Shown piece by piece: positions 38,417 to 46,605 of a DNA stretch of 64,000 bases. Location: positions 3,065-67,064 of the forward strand of contig CAWDOM010000013.1 in the NCBI GenBank assembly GCA_963803925.1, in the 5' to 3' direction. Within the stretch, counting starts at the first letter, position 1; each line of letters starts with the position of its first letter. This DNA comes from an uncultured Actinomycetota bacterium. GTDB taxonomy: Bacteria; Actinomycetota; Thermoleophilia; RBG-16-64-13. A program made the position numbers and the translations under genes. Under the pieces are notes generated by a model that made no database searches, was not told the origin of the DNA, and saw nothing but the letters and a program-made list of their open reading frames with translations.

Positions 38417-39595
38417 ATGGAACTGTGGCACGGCCATCTGCTCCGCGAGAAGGTCGATCAGAGCAGCCTGCTTGTCCAAGGCAATCGGGCCTGCGCGCTC
38501 GGCGCGCTCGACGCCGGTGTGCGCTTCTTCGCCGGATACCCCATCACCCCCAGCTCGGAGATCATGGAAGCCATGGCCTACGAGCTCCCCCGGGTGGGCG
38601 GCGTGTTCATGCAGATGGAGGACGAGATTGCGTCCATCTGTGCCTGCATCGGGTCGTCGCTGGCGGGCAAGCTGGGTATGACCGCCACCTCGGGACCGGG
38701 CTTCTCGCTCATGCAGGAGGCCATCGGCTACGCCATCATGGTCGAGGCGCCACTGGTGGTGGTCGACGTCATGCGGGAGGGGCCGTCCACAGGGCGGGTG
38801 AGCGCGCCCTCCCAAGGGGATGTCATGCAGGCCCGTTGGGGCACGCACGGCGACCATCCGGCCATCGTGCTCGCGGCCTCCAACGTGGCCGACATGTATC
38901 GCTTGACCATGGCGGCGGTGCGGTTCGCGCAGCGCTTCCGCACGCCGGTCACCGTCTTGGCCGACGAGGCGGTGGGGCACATGCGCGAGAGCTTCTCGCC
39001 GGAACTGGTGCGCCGGTACCGCCTTACCAGCGGAGACTTCGACTTCACGCCGGGCTACGTACACCCCGATCTGGCGCGCGAGGTGCACGCGCCGCACGTT
39101 CTGGGCTCCGAGACCTATCCCCACGTGACCGGGTGCACTCACGACGAGACGGGATTCCCGACCAACGACGCCAGAAAGAGCCAGACATTCTTACGAGAGC
39201 TGTACGACAAGGTGACCAACCACCGGGATGAACTCTGTCTCTACGACCTCAAGAACGAGGGCAGAGGACGCGTGTGCATCGTCGCCTACGGGTCGTGCGC
39301 GCGGAGCGCTCGGGCGGCCTGGCGGCTGGCGGAGGAAGAGGGCCTGCCGGTGGAAGTGCTCCATCTCTACACACTCTTCCCGCTGCCGGTGGAGGTCGTC
39401 CAGCAGGTGGCCAGACGGGTGGAGTTCATGATCATCCCCGAACTCAACCTGGGGCAGTACGCCCGCGAGATCCGCAAGCTGGCCGAGCAGTGGACCACGG
39501 TCGTCGGCATGAACAAGATCGACGGAACCCTCCTCGCCCCGCGGGAGATCCTCGATGAGGTGATCAGGCTGATCGGCAAGTACGAGAGCGTGTAG
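38417..39595 (+). CDS. korA: 2-oxoacid:ferredoxin oxidoreductase alpha subunit (copy 2)
   Basis: Colinear with copy 1 from MELWHGHLLREKVDQSS to GKYESV. Confidence 0.85.
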   Translation: MELWHGHLLREKVDQSSLLVQGNRACALGALDAGVRFFAGYPITPSSEIMEAMAYELPRVGGVFMQMEDEIASICACIGSSLAGKLGMTATSGPGFSLMQEAIGYAIMVEAPLVVVDVMREGPSTGRVSAPSQGDVMQARWGTHGDHPAIVLAASNVADMYRLTMAAVRFAQRFRTPVTVLADEAVGHMRESFSPELVRRYRLTSGDFDFTPGYVHPDLAREVHAPHVLGSETYPHVTGCTHDETGFPTNDARKSQTFLRELYDKVTNHRDELCLYDLKNEGRGRVCIVAYGSCARSARAAWRLAEEEGLPVEVLHLYTLFPLPVEVVQQVARRVEFMIIPELNLGQYAREIRKLAEQWTTVVGMNKIDGTLLAPREILDEVIRLIGKYESV

Positions 39596-39650
39596 GGAGC
39601 GGGAGTGGCGACTGGGACCGGCCTGACGTCGCGACGCTAGGAGACACGGC

Positions 39651-40523
39651 ATGGCGCTCGAGATCGAACGGTTTCTGCACACGGAGCGGTTGCCACACAT
39701 GTGGTGCGCCGGGTGCGGTATCGGCATCGTCACCGGCGCCCTGTTGCGGGCGATGGTCGACCTGGAGCTCAAGCGCGAGGAGACCGTCGTGGTCGGCGGA
39801 GTAGGCTGCTCGAGCCGCGCCGCCGGATACGTGGACGTCGGCAGCATGCATACCATCCACGGACGGGCGCTCGCCTTCGCCGCCGGCATCAAGATGTCGC
39901 GGCCGGAGTTCACGGTCATCGTGGTCACGGGCGACGGCGACGGGGCGGCGATCGGCGGGAATCATCTGATCCATGCCTGCAGGCGCAACATCGACCTGAC
40001 CTGCATCCTCTACAACAACCAGGTGTACGGCATGACCGGCGGGCAGATATCGCCCCAGGCGGGGTGGGGCGACGTGGCGACCACGGCCCCATACGGCCAA
40101 GTGGAGGAGTCGTTCGACCTGTGCCGGCTGACCCAGGCCGCTGGGGCGACATTCGTCGCCCGCGGCATCGCGGCCGACCCACGGGCCCTGCGGCAGATGA
40201 TCAAGCAGGGCATCGAGCACCAGGGCTTCTCGTTCATCGAGGCTGTGGTGCCGTGTCCCACGGAGTACGGCAAGCGGAACGTCAAGGGCGGGGTGCTCGC
40301 CATGCTCGACGACGAGAAGGCGCGGGCGGTGGAGGTGGGGGCGGCCGCGAAGCTGCCGCCCGGGGAACTCACGGGCAAGATCGTCACCGGCGTTATGCAT
40401 CGCGACACAGGTCGACTCGAGTACCAGCGCGCCTACGCCGGCATCGTCGAACGGGCACAGGCTGAGGCCGAGGCCGCCGCGGCAGAGTCTCTCGGGGAAC
40501 AGGGGGAGGAGTTACAGGCATGA
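39651..40523 (+). CDS. korB: 2-oxoacid:ferredoxin oxidoreductase beta subunit (copy 2)
   Basis: WCAGCGIGIV and TGDGDGAAIGGNHLIHA are present. The spacer after korA2 is 55 nt. Confidence 0.85.
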   Translation: MALEIERFLHTERLPHMWCAGCGIGIVTGALLRAMVDLELKREETVVVGGVGCSSRAAGYVDVGSMHTIHGRALAFAAGIKMSRPEFTVIVVTGDGDGAAIGGNHLIHACRRNIDLTCILYNNQVYGMTGGQISPQAGWGDVATTAPYGQVEESFDLCRLTQAAGATFVARGIAADPRALRQMIKQGIEHQGFSFIEAVVPCPTEYGKRNVKGGVLAMLDDEKARAVEVGAAAKLPPGELTGKIVTGVMHRDTGRLEYQRAYAGIVERAQAEAEAAAAESLGEQGEELQA

Positions 40524-41170
40524 GCCCCATCACCGACCTATCGGCGCCGCCCCCGGTGGGCGAGGGCCCCTCTCCCGATCGGGCCGGGCTGCTGGCCGAG
40601 CGGACGTTCGTGCAGGTGCGCTTCGGCGGCACCGGCGAGCAAGGGGTGGTCCTCGTCGGCGTGGTGCTCGCTATGGCGGCGACGCGAGACCACCGCTACG
40701 TGGTACAGACGCAGACGTACGGCCTCGGTGCTCGGGGTGGCTACGGGCACAGCGACGTGATCATCTCCGACAAGCCCATCGACTACCCGGAGCTGCAGGC
40801 CGCCGATCTGCTCGTCACCCTGTCGCAAGACGCCGCCGACGGGTATTCTGACCTGCTGACGCTATCGAGCGTCTTCATCTACGACTCGGAGGAAGTGACG
40901 TCGCCGCCGGCCTTCACGGGCGCGGTTTTCGGCATCCCGTTCACGCGGATGGCCCGCGAAGCGGTCGGTGAGGTCGACGCGGCTCCCAACGTGCTGACCC
41001 TCGGCGCGGTGGTAGCCATAACCGGCGTGGTGTCGGTGGAGTCGCTTGAGAAGGCGGTACTGGCAACTATCCCGCCCGGCACCCGGGAGGCGAACGGTCT
41101 GGCGCTGAAGCTGGGCCTGGCCCTCGATGCTGAGGCGTGGCGAGTCACGAGGAGTCGCACATGCTTGTAG
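40520..41170 (+). CDS. 2-oxoacid:ferredoxin oxidoreductase gamma subunit (copy 2)
   Basis: VRFGGTGEQGVVLVG is present, with an ATGA overlap with korB2. Confidence 0.8.
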   Translation: MSPITDLSAPPPVGEGPSPDRAGLLAERTFVQVRFGGTGEQGVVLVGVVLAMAATRDHRYVVQTQTYGLGARGGYGHSDVIISDKPIDYPELQAADLLVTLSQDAADGYSDLLTLSSVFIYDSEEVTSPPAFTGAVFGIPFTRMAREAVGEVDAAPNVLTLGAVVAITGVVSVESLEKAVLATIPPGTREANGLALKLGLALDAEAWRVTRSRTCL

Positions 41171-41940
41171 CTGGTCTCGACGTTGGAGCGAAGAACGTGC
41201 ACGCCGTGCTCATGAAGAACGGAGCGGTAGTGGCTCGGGCGGCGGTGTCTTCGGGGTTCGACCATGAGGAATCTGCCGAACGGGGTTTGCGCGAAGCGGC
41301 GTCGCTTGCCGGGGCAGAACGGGGCGATATAACGGTCGTCGCGGCCACCGGCGCCGGCCGCAAAGCTCTCGCATTCGCCGGTCGGAAGCCCACCGAGATC
41401 GCCGCCGACGCTCGGGGGGCCACGTACCTCTACCCCACGGCCCGCACGGTGATCGACGTCGGCGCCGACGAGGCAAGGGCTATCCGTCTGGCTGCCAACG
41501 GCAAGGTGGTCGATTTCGCTATCAACGAGAAGTGCGCGGCGGGTGCCGGGGCCTTCGTGGAGGCGATGAGCCGCGCCCTCGAGATGCCGCTCGCCGCCTT
41601 TGCCGCGGCTTCGCTCGAGTCCACTCAGACGATTCCCATGAACGCGCAGTGCACGGTCTTCGCCGAATCGGAAGTGGTGAGTCTCATCCACGCCAACACC
41701 GCGCCGGCCGACATCGCCCGAGCCGTGCACGACGCCATGGCCAGCCGGGTGTCGACTATGGTGCGCCGCGTCGGAGTCGAGGACCCGGTGGTTCTTGGGG
41801 GCGGAGCGGCACTCAACGTCGGTTTCGTCACCGCCCTGTCGAGCGCGCTCGGTGGTGCGGAGGTGCACGTGCTGCCCGATGCTGAGTATCTCGGCGCCTT
41901 GGGAGCGGCTCTCATCGCCGCTGAGACGGCTCAGGGCTGA
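41161..41940 (+). CDS. BadF/BadG/BcrA/BcrD-type ATPase (BcrD/HgdC-like electron-activating subunit)
   Basis: MLVAGLDVGAKN (acetate/sugar-kinase fold), cluster-ligand contexts NEKCAAGAG and AQCTVFAESE, 260 aa. Confidence 0.75.
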   Translation: MLVAGLDVGAKNVHAVLMKNGAVVARAAVSSGFDHEESAERGLREAASLAGAERGDITVVAATGAGRKALAFAGRKPTEIAADARGATYLYPTARTVIDVGADEARAIRLAANGKVVDFAINEKCAAGAGAFVEAMSRALEMPLAAFAAASLESTQTIPMNAQCTVFAESEVVSLIHANTAPADIARAVHDAMASRVSTMVRRVGVEDPVVLGGGAALNVGFVTALSSALGGAEVHVLPDAEYLGALGAALIAAETAQG

Positions 41941-42003
41941 GACGAACGCCGGGCTTCCGTCGGGGCGCCGGGGTCGCAGCCCGCAGCCCGCGGCCTACGT
42001 GTC

Positions 42004-43893
42004 CTATAGAGCCTCGCTCATGCGGTAGGCCTTAGCCTGCACCTCGTACATCTCGGCGTAACGGCCTCCGAGAGCCATGAGCTCAGCGTGGTTGCCGCTT
42101 TCGATGATCCGTCCGTCGTCGAAGATGTGGATGCGGTCGGCCGCTCGCACGGTAGAGAAGCGGTGACTGATGAGCACCACCGCCCGGCCCTGGGCCAACT
42201 GCCGTATGTGCTCGAAGACTTCCCACTCAGCCCGCGGGTCGAGGGAACTCGTGGGCTCGTCGAGCACGAGGAGTTGCGCGTCGCGCACGAACGCCCGGGC
42301 GAGTGCGATCTTCTGCCACTCGCCGACACTGAGCTCCTCGCCTTCCTCGAACCACTTGCCCAGCATGGTGTCGTAGCCGTCGCGGAGACCAAGGATGGCT
42401 TCGTGGACGCGGGCATCGCGGGCCGCTTCCCCGATGGCCGGATCGTCGGGCGCCAGCTGCACGTTCCCCAGCCGGATATTCTCCCGCGCGCTCAGCTGGT
42501 ATTTCGCGAAGTCCTGGAAGATCACGCTGAGGTTGGCGCGCAGATCGACGGGGTCGAAGTGCCGCAGATCGACGCCATCGAGAGTGATGGAGCCGGCCGA
42601 AGGGTCGTACAGCCGGCATAGCAGCTTAACGAGTGTGGTTTTGCCCGAGCCGTTCGCGCCCACCAAAGCGGTTATCTCTCCCGGACTGATGGTGAGCGAG
42701 ACTCCCTTGAGGGCCGTCCGCTCGGTCTCGGGGTAGCTGAAGTCGACGTTCTCGTAGCGCACGCCCTGGCGCAGAGGGCTCGGAACCGCGGCGGGCTCGG
42801 CGGGAACGGCGACGCGTGGTCGTAGCGCCATGAACTGCTCATAGTAGGTGAGAAAGAGATTGTCTTCGTAGAGCGATGTCAGGCCCCGAAGAACCGCCTG
42901 CAGTGAGCCGAGGCTCGTCTGGAAGGCCTGATAGTACGCGACAACGAGGCCGACGGAGATGCTGCCTTCGACGGCGCGCCACGCGATGTAGGCGAAGGTG
43001 CCGAATACCGCGAGCACGGCGGCGACGCCGGCGCCAAGCTCGGCGAGCGACCGCCGGCCTGTGAGACTGAGGAGCTCATGTCGCAACTGGGCGCGGAGGT
43101 CGCGATACCAGGCTCTGAAGCGGTCTCCGAGAGCGAAGAGCCGCACCTCCTTAGCGTAGGCGCTATCGGTGAGCAGCCAATGAGCGTAGTACGCCTGCCG
43201 CTCCATCTCGGTGCGCCTCGTCTGCCAGGCGAACAGCTTCTTCGAGTAGAGAAGCCGGACCACGCCCCCTGGCACCGCCGCGCAGAGGACGATGAGTCCT
43301 ATCACCCAGTGGAGCGTCAGCAGGAGGCCGGCCATGGACAGCACCGTGACGAGCGCCTGCCCGGTCGTTGTGAGATTGCGCACGATGCTCGTCGGGCGGA
43401 ACGGCGCCTCCTGTTGGGCCCGGTAGAGCGCGTCGTGGTAGTGGGAGTTCTCGTAGTACTCGAGGTCGACGGCTATCGACTGGGAATGGATGACATCCAT
43501 GACGTGGTCGGTGACCGTACGGCCGAGTGCCTCGTCGACCATTGTCGAAAGGGAGCGGAGTATCGCGGTCACCAGCCCGATCGCGGCCGCCAAGCCGATG
43601 AGTATGGCCACATGCCTGAAGGCGGCGCCGCGGTCGGCCGCGGCTACCCCATCGGCCACCCCGTCGACGATGAGCTTGAGCATCCAGACGGCGGCCAACG
43701 GCAAGAGACCCGAAACCACCGTGATGACGGTGCTCGCGACGGTCCACCCGGGCGCTACCTTCCAGACGAGCTTCAGGGCTCGCCCCAGTCGTGCCAGGTC
43801 TCTGATCCTCGGTCTGTGGGTCTCTACAGCCAAACAGGACTCCCCAGCCTCGACGTGCTCCTTCTGCACACTCGCGGCAGCCGGGTGTAACAT
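42004..43893 (-). CDS. ABC exporter, fused permease + ATPase (type I exporter fold)
   Basis: Six TM helices then Walker A GANGSGKTT, signature LSVGEWQKIALARA and Walker B LLVLDEPTSSLD. It is divergent from the RiPP-like cassette. The start may be 43962. Confidence 0.8.
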   Translation of the reverse strand: MLHPAAASVQKEHVEAGESCLAVETHRPRIRDLARLGRALKLVWKVAPGWTVASTVITVVSGLLPLAAVWMLKLIVDGVADGVAAADRGAAFRHVAILIGLAAAIGLVTAILRSLSTMVDEALGRTVTDHVMDVIHSQSIAVDLEYYENSHYHDALYRAQQEAPFRPTSIVRNLTTTGQALVTVLSMAGLLLTLHWVIGLIVLCAAVPGGVVRLLYSKKLFAWQTRRTEMERQAYYAHWLLTDSAYAKEVRLFALGDRFRAWYRDLRAQLRHELLSLTGRRSLAELGAGVAAVLAVFGTFAYIAWRAVEGSISVGLVVAYYQAFQTSLGSLQAVLRGLTSLYEDNLFLTYYEQFMALRPRVAVPAEPAAVPSPLRQGVRYENVDFSYPETERTALKGVSLTISPGEITALVGANGSGKTTLVKLLCRLYDPSAGSITLDGVDLRHFDPVDLRANLSVIFQDFAKYQLSARENIRLGNVQLAPDDPAIGEAARDARVHEAILGLRDGYDTMLGKWFEEGEELSVGEWQKIALARAFVRDAQLLVLDEPTSSLDPRAEWEVFEHIRQLAQGRAVVLISHRFSTVRAADRIHIFDDGRIIESGNHAELMALGGRYAEMYEVQAKAYRMSEAL

Positions 43894-43935
43894 CTCGCGA
43901 CGTGACCGCGCGCAACGGGCGCCCAGGAGAGGCAC

Positions 43936-44874
43936 TTGCAAGTGCATGTACGCCACTTCCAAATCGCCGGCATGACCATCCGGGTGGAGAGCGATCTACC
44001 TGTGACCGGCTCCACCTTCAGTACCGCCCTGCAGTCTTTCGAGACCCAGACGTCCGGCGACGACACAATCGTCGTACGCCATCATTTCCTGGTGCCTGCC
44101 CCGATTCCTGGTTTTGTCCCGGGCGACGGCATGAAGCAGGTGTACCGCAAGGCGCCGTGGGCCATCTACCATACCAGCGGTGGTTGGCTGTACCGAGGCA
44201 TCGGCGAGGAACTCGCCGACCCTCCGCTGGGGTTGGTCGCTCAGTTCGCCGACGACTACCGGGTAGGCGACGTCTACAGTACCGGCCCCTACGCTGATGT
44301 CTGGTCACGAGGCGGCGTGCCGTCGCTCACTCTCTTTTCCACCGACCAGATACTGCTCGCCCGGCTGCTGGCCGACCGGCAGGGCTTGCTGCTGCACTCG
44401 GCGGGTGTGTCGATAGACGGCCACGGTCTTCTCTTCGCGGGGCACTCAGACGCCGGCAAGTCGACGACAGCTCACCTCCTTCGCACCAGGCTCGGCTCTC
44501 GCGCCACTGTGCTGTGCGACGACCGCAACGCGGCGCGATGGTGGCCGCGGGGATTCGGGGGTGGCCCTCCGGGCTTCTACGCGCACGGAACCTGGAGCCA
44601 CGGCGACGTACCCCTGGTTTCACCTGAGCCGGCGGGCCTGCGGGCCATCCTCTTTCTCGAGCAGGCCGCGGTGAACGAGCTGGTTCCGATGATCGACCGG
44701 CGGGAAATCACGCACAGGCTCCTTGCCACATTGATCAAGCCGCTGGCGACCGCCGACTGGTGGGAGAAAGAACTGGACGTGCTCCAAGCTCTCACGGCCG
44801 CTGTGCCGTGCTACACGATGCGTTTCGACACGAGCGGGGCGATCGTCGAGCAGCTGGAGGCCCTGGTTCGATGA
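43936..44874 (+). CDS. HPr-kinase-related P-loop protein (ScmC/HprK-rel-like)
   Basis: LLLHSAGVSIDGHGLLFAGHSDAGKSTTA matches the HprK C-terminal domain P-loop pattern. 312 aa. Confidence 0.7.
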   Translation: MQVHVRHFQIAGMTIRVESDLPVTGSTFSTALQSFETQTSGDDTIVVRHHFLVPAPIPGFVPGDGMKQVYRKAPWAIYHTSGGWLYRGIGEELADPPLGLVAQFADDYRVGDVYSTGPYADVWSRGGVPSLTLFSTDQILLARLLADRQGLLLHSAGVSIDGHGLLFAGHSDAGKSTTAHLLRTRLGSRATVLCDDRNAARWWPRGFGGGPPGFYAHGTWSHGDVPLVSPEPAGLRAILFLEQAAVNELVPMIDRREITHRLLATLIKPLATADWWEKELDVLQALTAAVPCYTMRFDTSGAIVEQLEALVR

Positions 44875-45974
44875 GCGACTACGTGCGCCGCGTCGACGAG
44901 TTGCCGTGCTCCCGAGCGGGTCTTCGCCGGCTCGACCTGGAGCTCACCGAACGGTGCGACAACGATTGCATCCACTGCTGCATCAATCTGCCGGCCGGCG
45001 ATCGAGTGGCCGAGGCCCGCGAAATGCCGGCCGAGCGGGTGATGGACGTTCTGCGGCAGGCGACCGACCTGGACTGCCTCGAGGTCACCTTCACGGGAGG
45101 CGAGCCCCTGCTACGGCCCGACTTCGCGGAGATCTACGAGTATGCCCGCCGGCTTGGCTTGAAGGTGCTCGTCTTCACCAATGCGAGGCGCATCACGCCG
45201 CGTATCGCCGCGCTACTGGCCGAGATGCCGCCGCTGGCGCCGGTCGAGGTGAGCGTGTATGGCATGTGTGAGGAATCGTACGAAGCCGTGACCCGCGCCA
45301 AGGGGTCTTTCGCGGAATTCCGGCAAGGGGTCGCGCTACTGCTGGAGCACGAAGTGCCGTTCGTGGTCAAGAGCGTTCTGCTGCCCCCCAACCGAGGCGA
45401 GTTGGACATGTTCGAGTCCTGGGCCCGCACGATTCCCTCGATGGACAAGTCCCCCAGTTGCACCGTGGTGCTCGATCTGCGCAACCACCGCGACGATCCT
45501 GTCAAGAACCGGGCTATTCGAGCTCTACGAAACTCCCCCGAGGAGATCCTGGCGGTACTGGCTCGCGACGACGCGCGTTATCGAGCCGAGATGGCGGACT
45601 ACGCGGCAAAATTCATGCATGTGCCCGGAGACAAGCTCTTCTCGTGTGGGGTGGGCCATAGCCTAAGCGTCGATGCCTACGGGCGGGCACAGCCCTGCAT
45701 GGGCCTGCGTGCGCCGGAACTCATCGTCGACCTGGCGCACGCGACGCTTGCAGCGGCGCTGGCGCGGTTCGCCGAGCTGGCGAGTCTTCGCGCCACCTCT
45801 CCGGAGTACCTTGCCCGGTGCGCGAGCTGCGCGCTCTATGGCTTGTGCGAACAGTGCCCCGCCAAGTCGTGGGCCGAGAACGGTACGCTCGATTCCCCGG
45901 TTGAGTACCTGTGCGAGGTCGCGCACGCCCAGTCGGCGTACCTCGGTTGGGCGCCCGGCGGTGAGAAGCAATGA
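44871..45974 (+). CDS. Radical SAM/SPASM peptide-maturase-like enzyme 1 (PqqE-like)
   Basis: CDNDCIHC (CxxxCxxC), FTGGEPLL, and SPASM Cys motifs CGVGHSLSVDAYGRAQPC and CASCALYGLCEQCP. ATGA overlap with the upstream gene. Confidence 0.85.
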   Translation: MSDYVRRVDELPCSRAGLRRLDLELTERCDNDCIHCCINLPAGDRVAEAREMPAERVMDVLRQATDLDCLEVTFTGGEPLLRPDFAEIYEYARRLGLKVLVFTNARRITPRIAALLAEMPPLAPVEVSVYGMCEESYEAVTRAKGSFAEFRQGVALLLEHEVPFVVKSVLLPPNRGELDMFESWARTIPSMDKSPSCTVVLDLRNHRDDPVKNRAIRALRNSPEEILAVLARDDARYRAEMADYAAKFMHVPGDKLFSCGVGHSLSVDAYGRAQPCMGLRAPELIVDLAHATLAAALARFAELASLRATSPEYLARCASCALYGLCEQCPAKSWAENGTLDSPVEYLCEVAHAQSAYLGWAPGGEKQ

Positions 45975-45999
45975 GTCTGCCCGGCGCTGTCGAATACCT

Positions 46000-46027
46000 T
46001 TGCATGCGGCCACGCAAGGGCTATATT
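46000..46027 (+). promoter_or_regulatory. Sigma70-like promoter in front of the candidate precursor ORF
   Basis: TTGCAT (46000-46005), 16-nt spacer, TATATT (46022-46027). An AT-rich hexamer pair is rare in this GC-rich background. Confidence 0.4.
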
Positions 46028-46076
46028 CTGCACAGCGTCAAGGCGGGAGCGCGCGAGTAGCATTGGAGGTCTGACC

Positions 46077-46256
46077 ATGAACTCGCAGAAGCCGCGGTGG
46101 GAGAAGCCGGAGATCATCGTTCTGGTGCGGGGCAGGCCCGAAGAGGCCGTGCTCGCCGGCTGCAAGACGAAGTACAGCGGCATAGGCCAGTTCAGCGCTA
46201 CCGACTGCACCAAGAAAGCCGACGGCAGGAGTTGCCCGCAGGCTACACACTCGTAG
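46077..46256 (+). CDS. Candidate RiPP precursor peptide, 59 aa (below the 60-aa ORF-track cutoff)
   Basis: GGAGG (46065-46069) lies 7 nt before the ATG. Hand translation: MNSQKPRWEKPEIIVLVRGRPEEAVLAGCKTKYSGIGQFSATDCTKKADGRSCPQATHS, then TAG. It sits between rSAM1 and the PqqD gene. Confidence 0.6.
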   Translation: MNSQKPRWEKPEIIVLVRGRPEEAVLAGCKTKYSGIGQFSATDCTKKADGRSCPQATHS

Positions 46257-46293
46257 ACGGTCGGGTTCGCCGACAGAGTCACAAGGCAGGGCA

Positions 46294-46599
46294 ATGAGTA
46301 CCACTATCAACTTGGATATAGTCTGCTCTCCCGCCGATGCCGTCGTCTTTCGCGAGATCGAGGGCGAGATCATCATCATTCCGTTGGTGAGCGGCATCGG
46401 CGACACCGACGACGAGCTCTATTCGCTGAACGACTGCGGGCGAGCTATCTGGCAGAAGCTCGACGGCCTTCGGACACTCGAGCAGGTGGCCGTGGCACTC
46501 GAGTCCGAGTACGACGCACCCGCCGACGACCTGAGGAGCGACGTAGCGGGCTTCGTGGCTGAGTTGGTCGGACGAGGGCTCCTGTCAGTCAAGGCCTAG
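46294..46599 (+). CDS. PqqD-family peptide chaperone (RiPP recognition element)
   Basis: 101 aa. VVFREIEGEIIIIPL...LNDCGRAIWQKLDG.RTLEQVAVALESEYD...DVAGFVAELVGRGLL is the typical PqqD pattern. Confidence 0.8.
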   Translation: MSTTINLDIVCSPADAVVFREIEGEIIIIPLVSGIGDTDDELYSLNDCGRAIWQKLDGLRTLEQVAVALESEYDAPADDLRSDVAGFVAELVGRGLLSVKA

Positions 46600-46605
46600 C
46601 ACCGA

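Noticed and set aside
38252-39142. 5' two-thirds of the tracked 447-aa ORF 37799-39142 (minus)
   Set aside because: It is antisense to korA2 with a typical high-GC antisense composition. Only the last 150 codons (TM helices plus coiled coil) look like a real protein.
46097-46297. 66-aa tracked ORF in the rSAM1-PqqD gap
   Set aside because: It is Arg/Gln-rich with no SD. It overlaps, in another frame, the 59-codon ORF that has GGAGG, a promoter-like element and a RiPP-like sequence.
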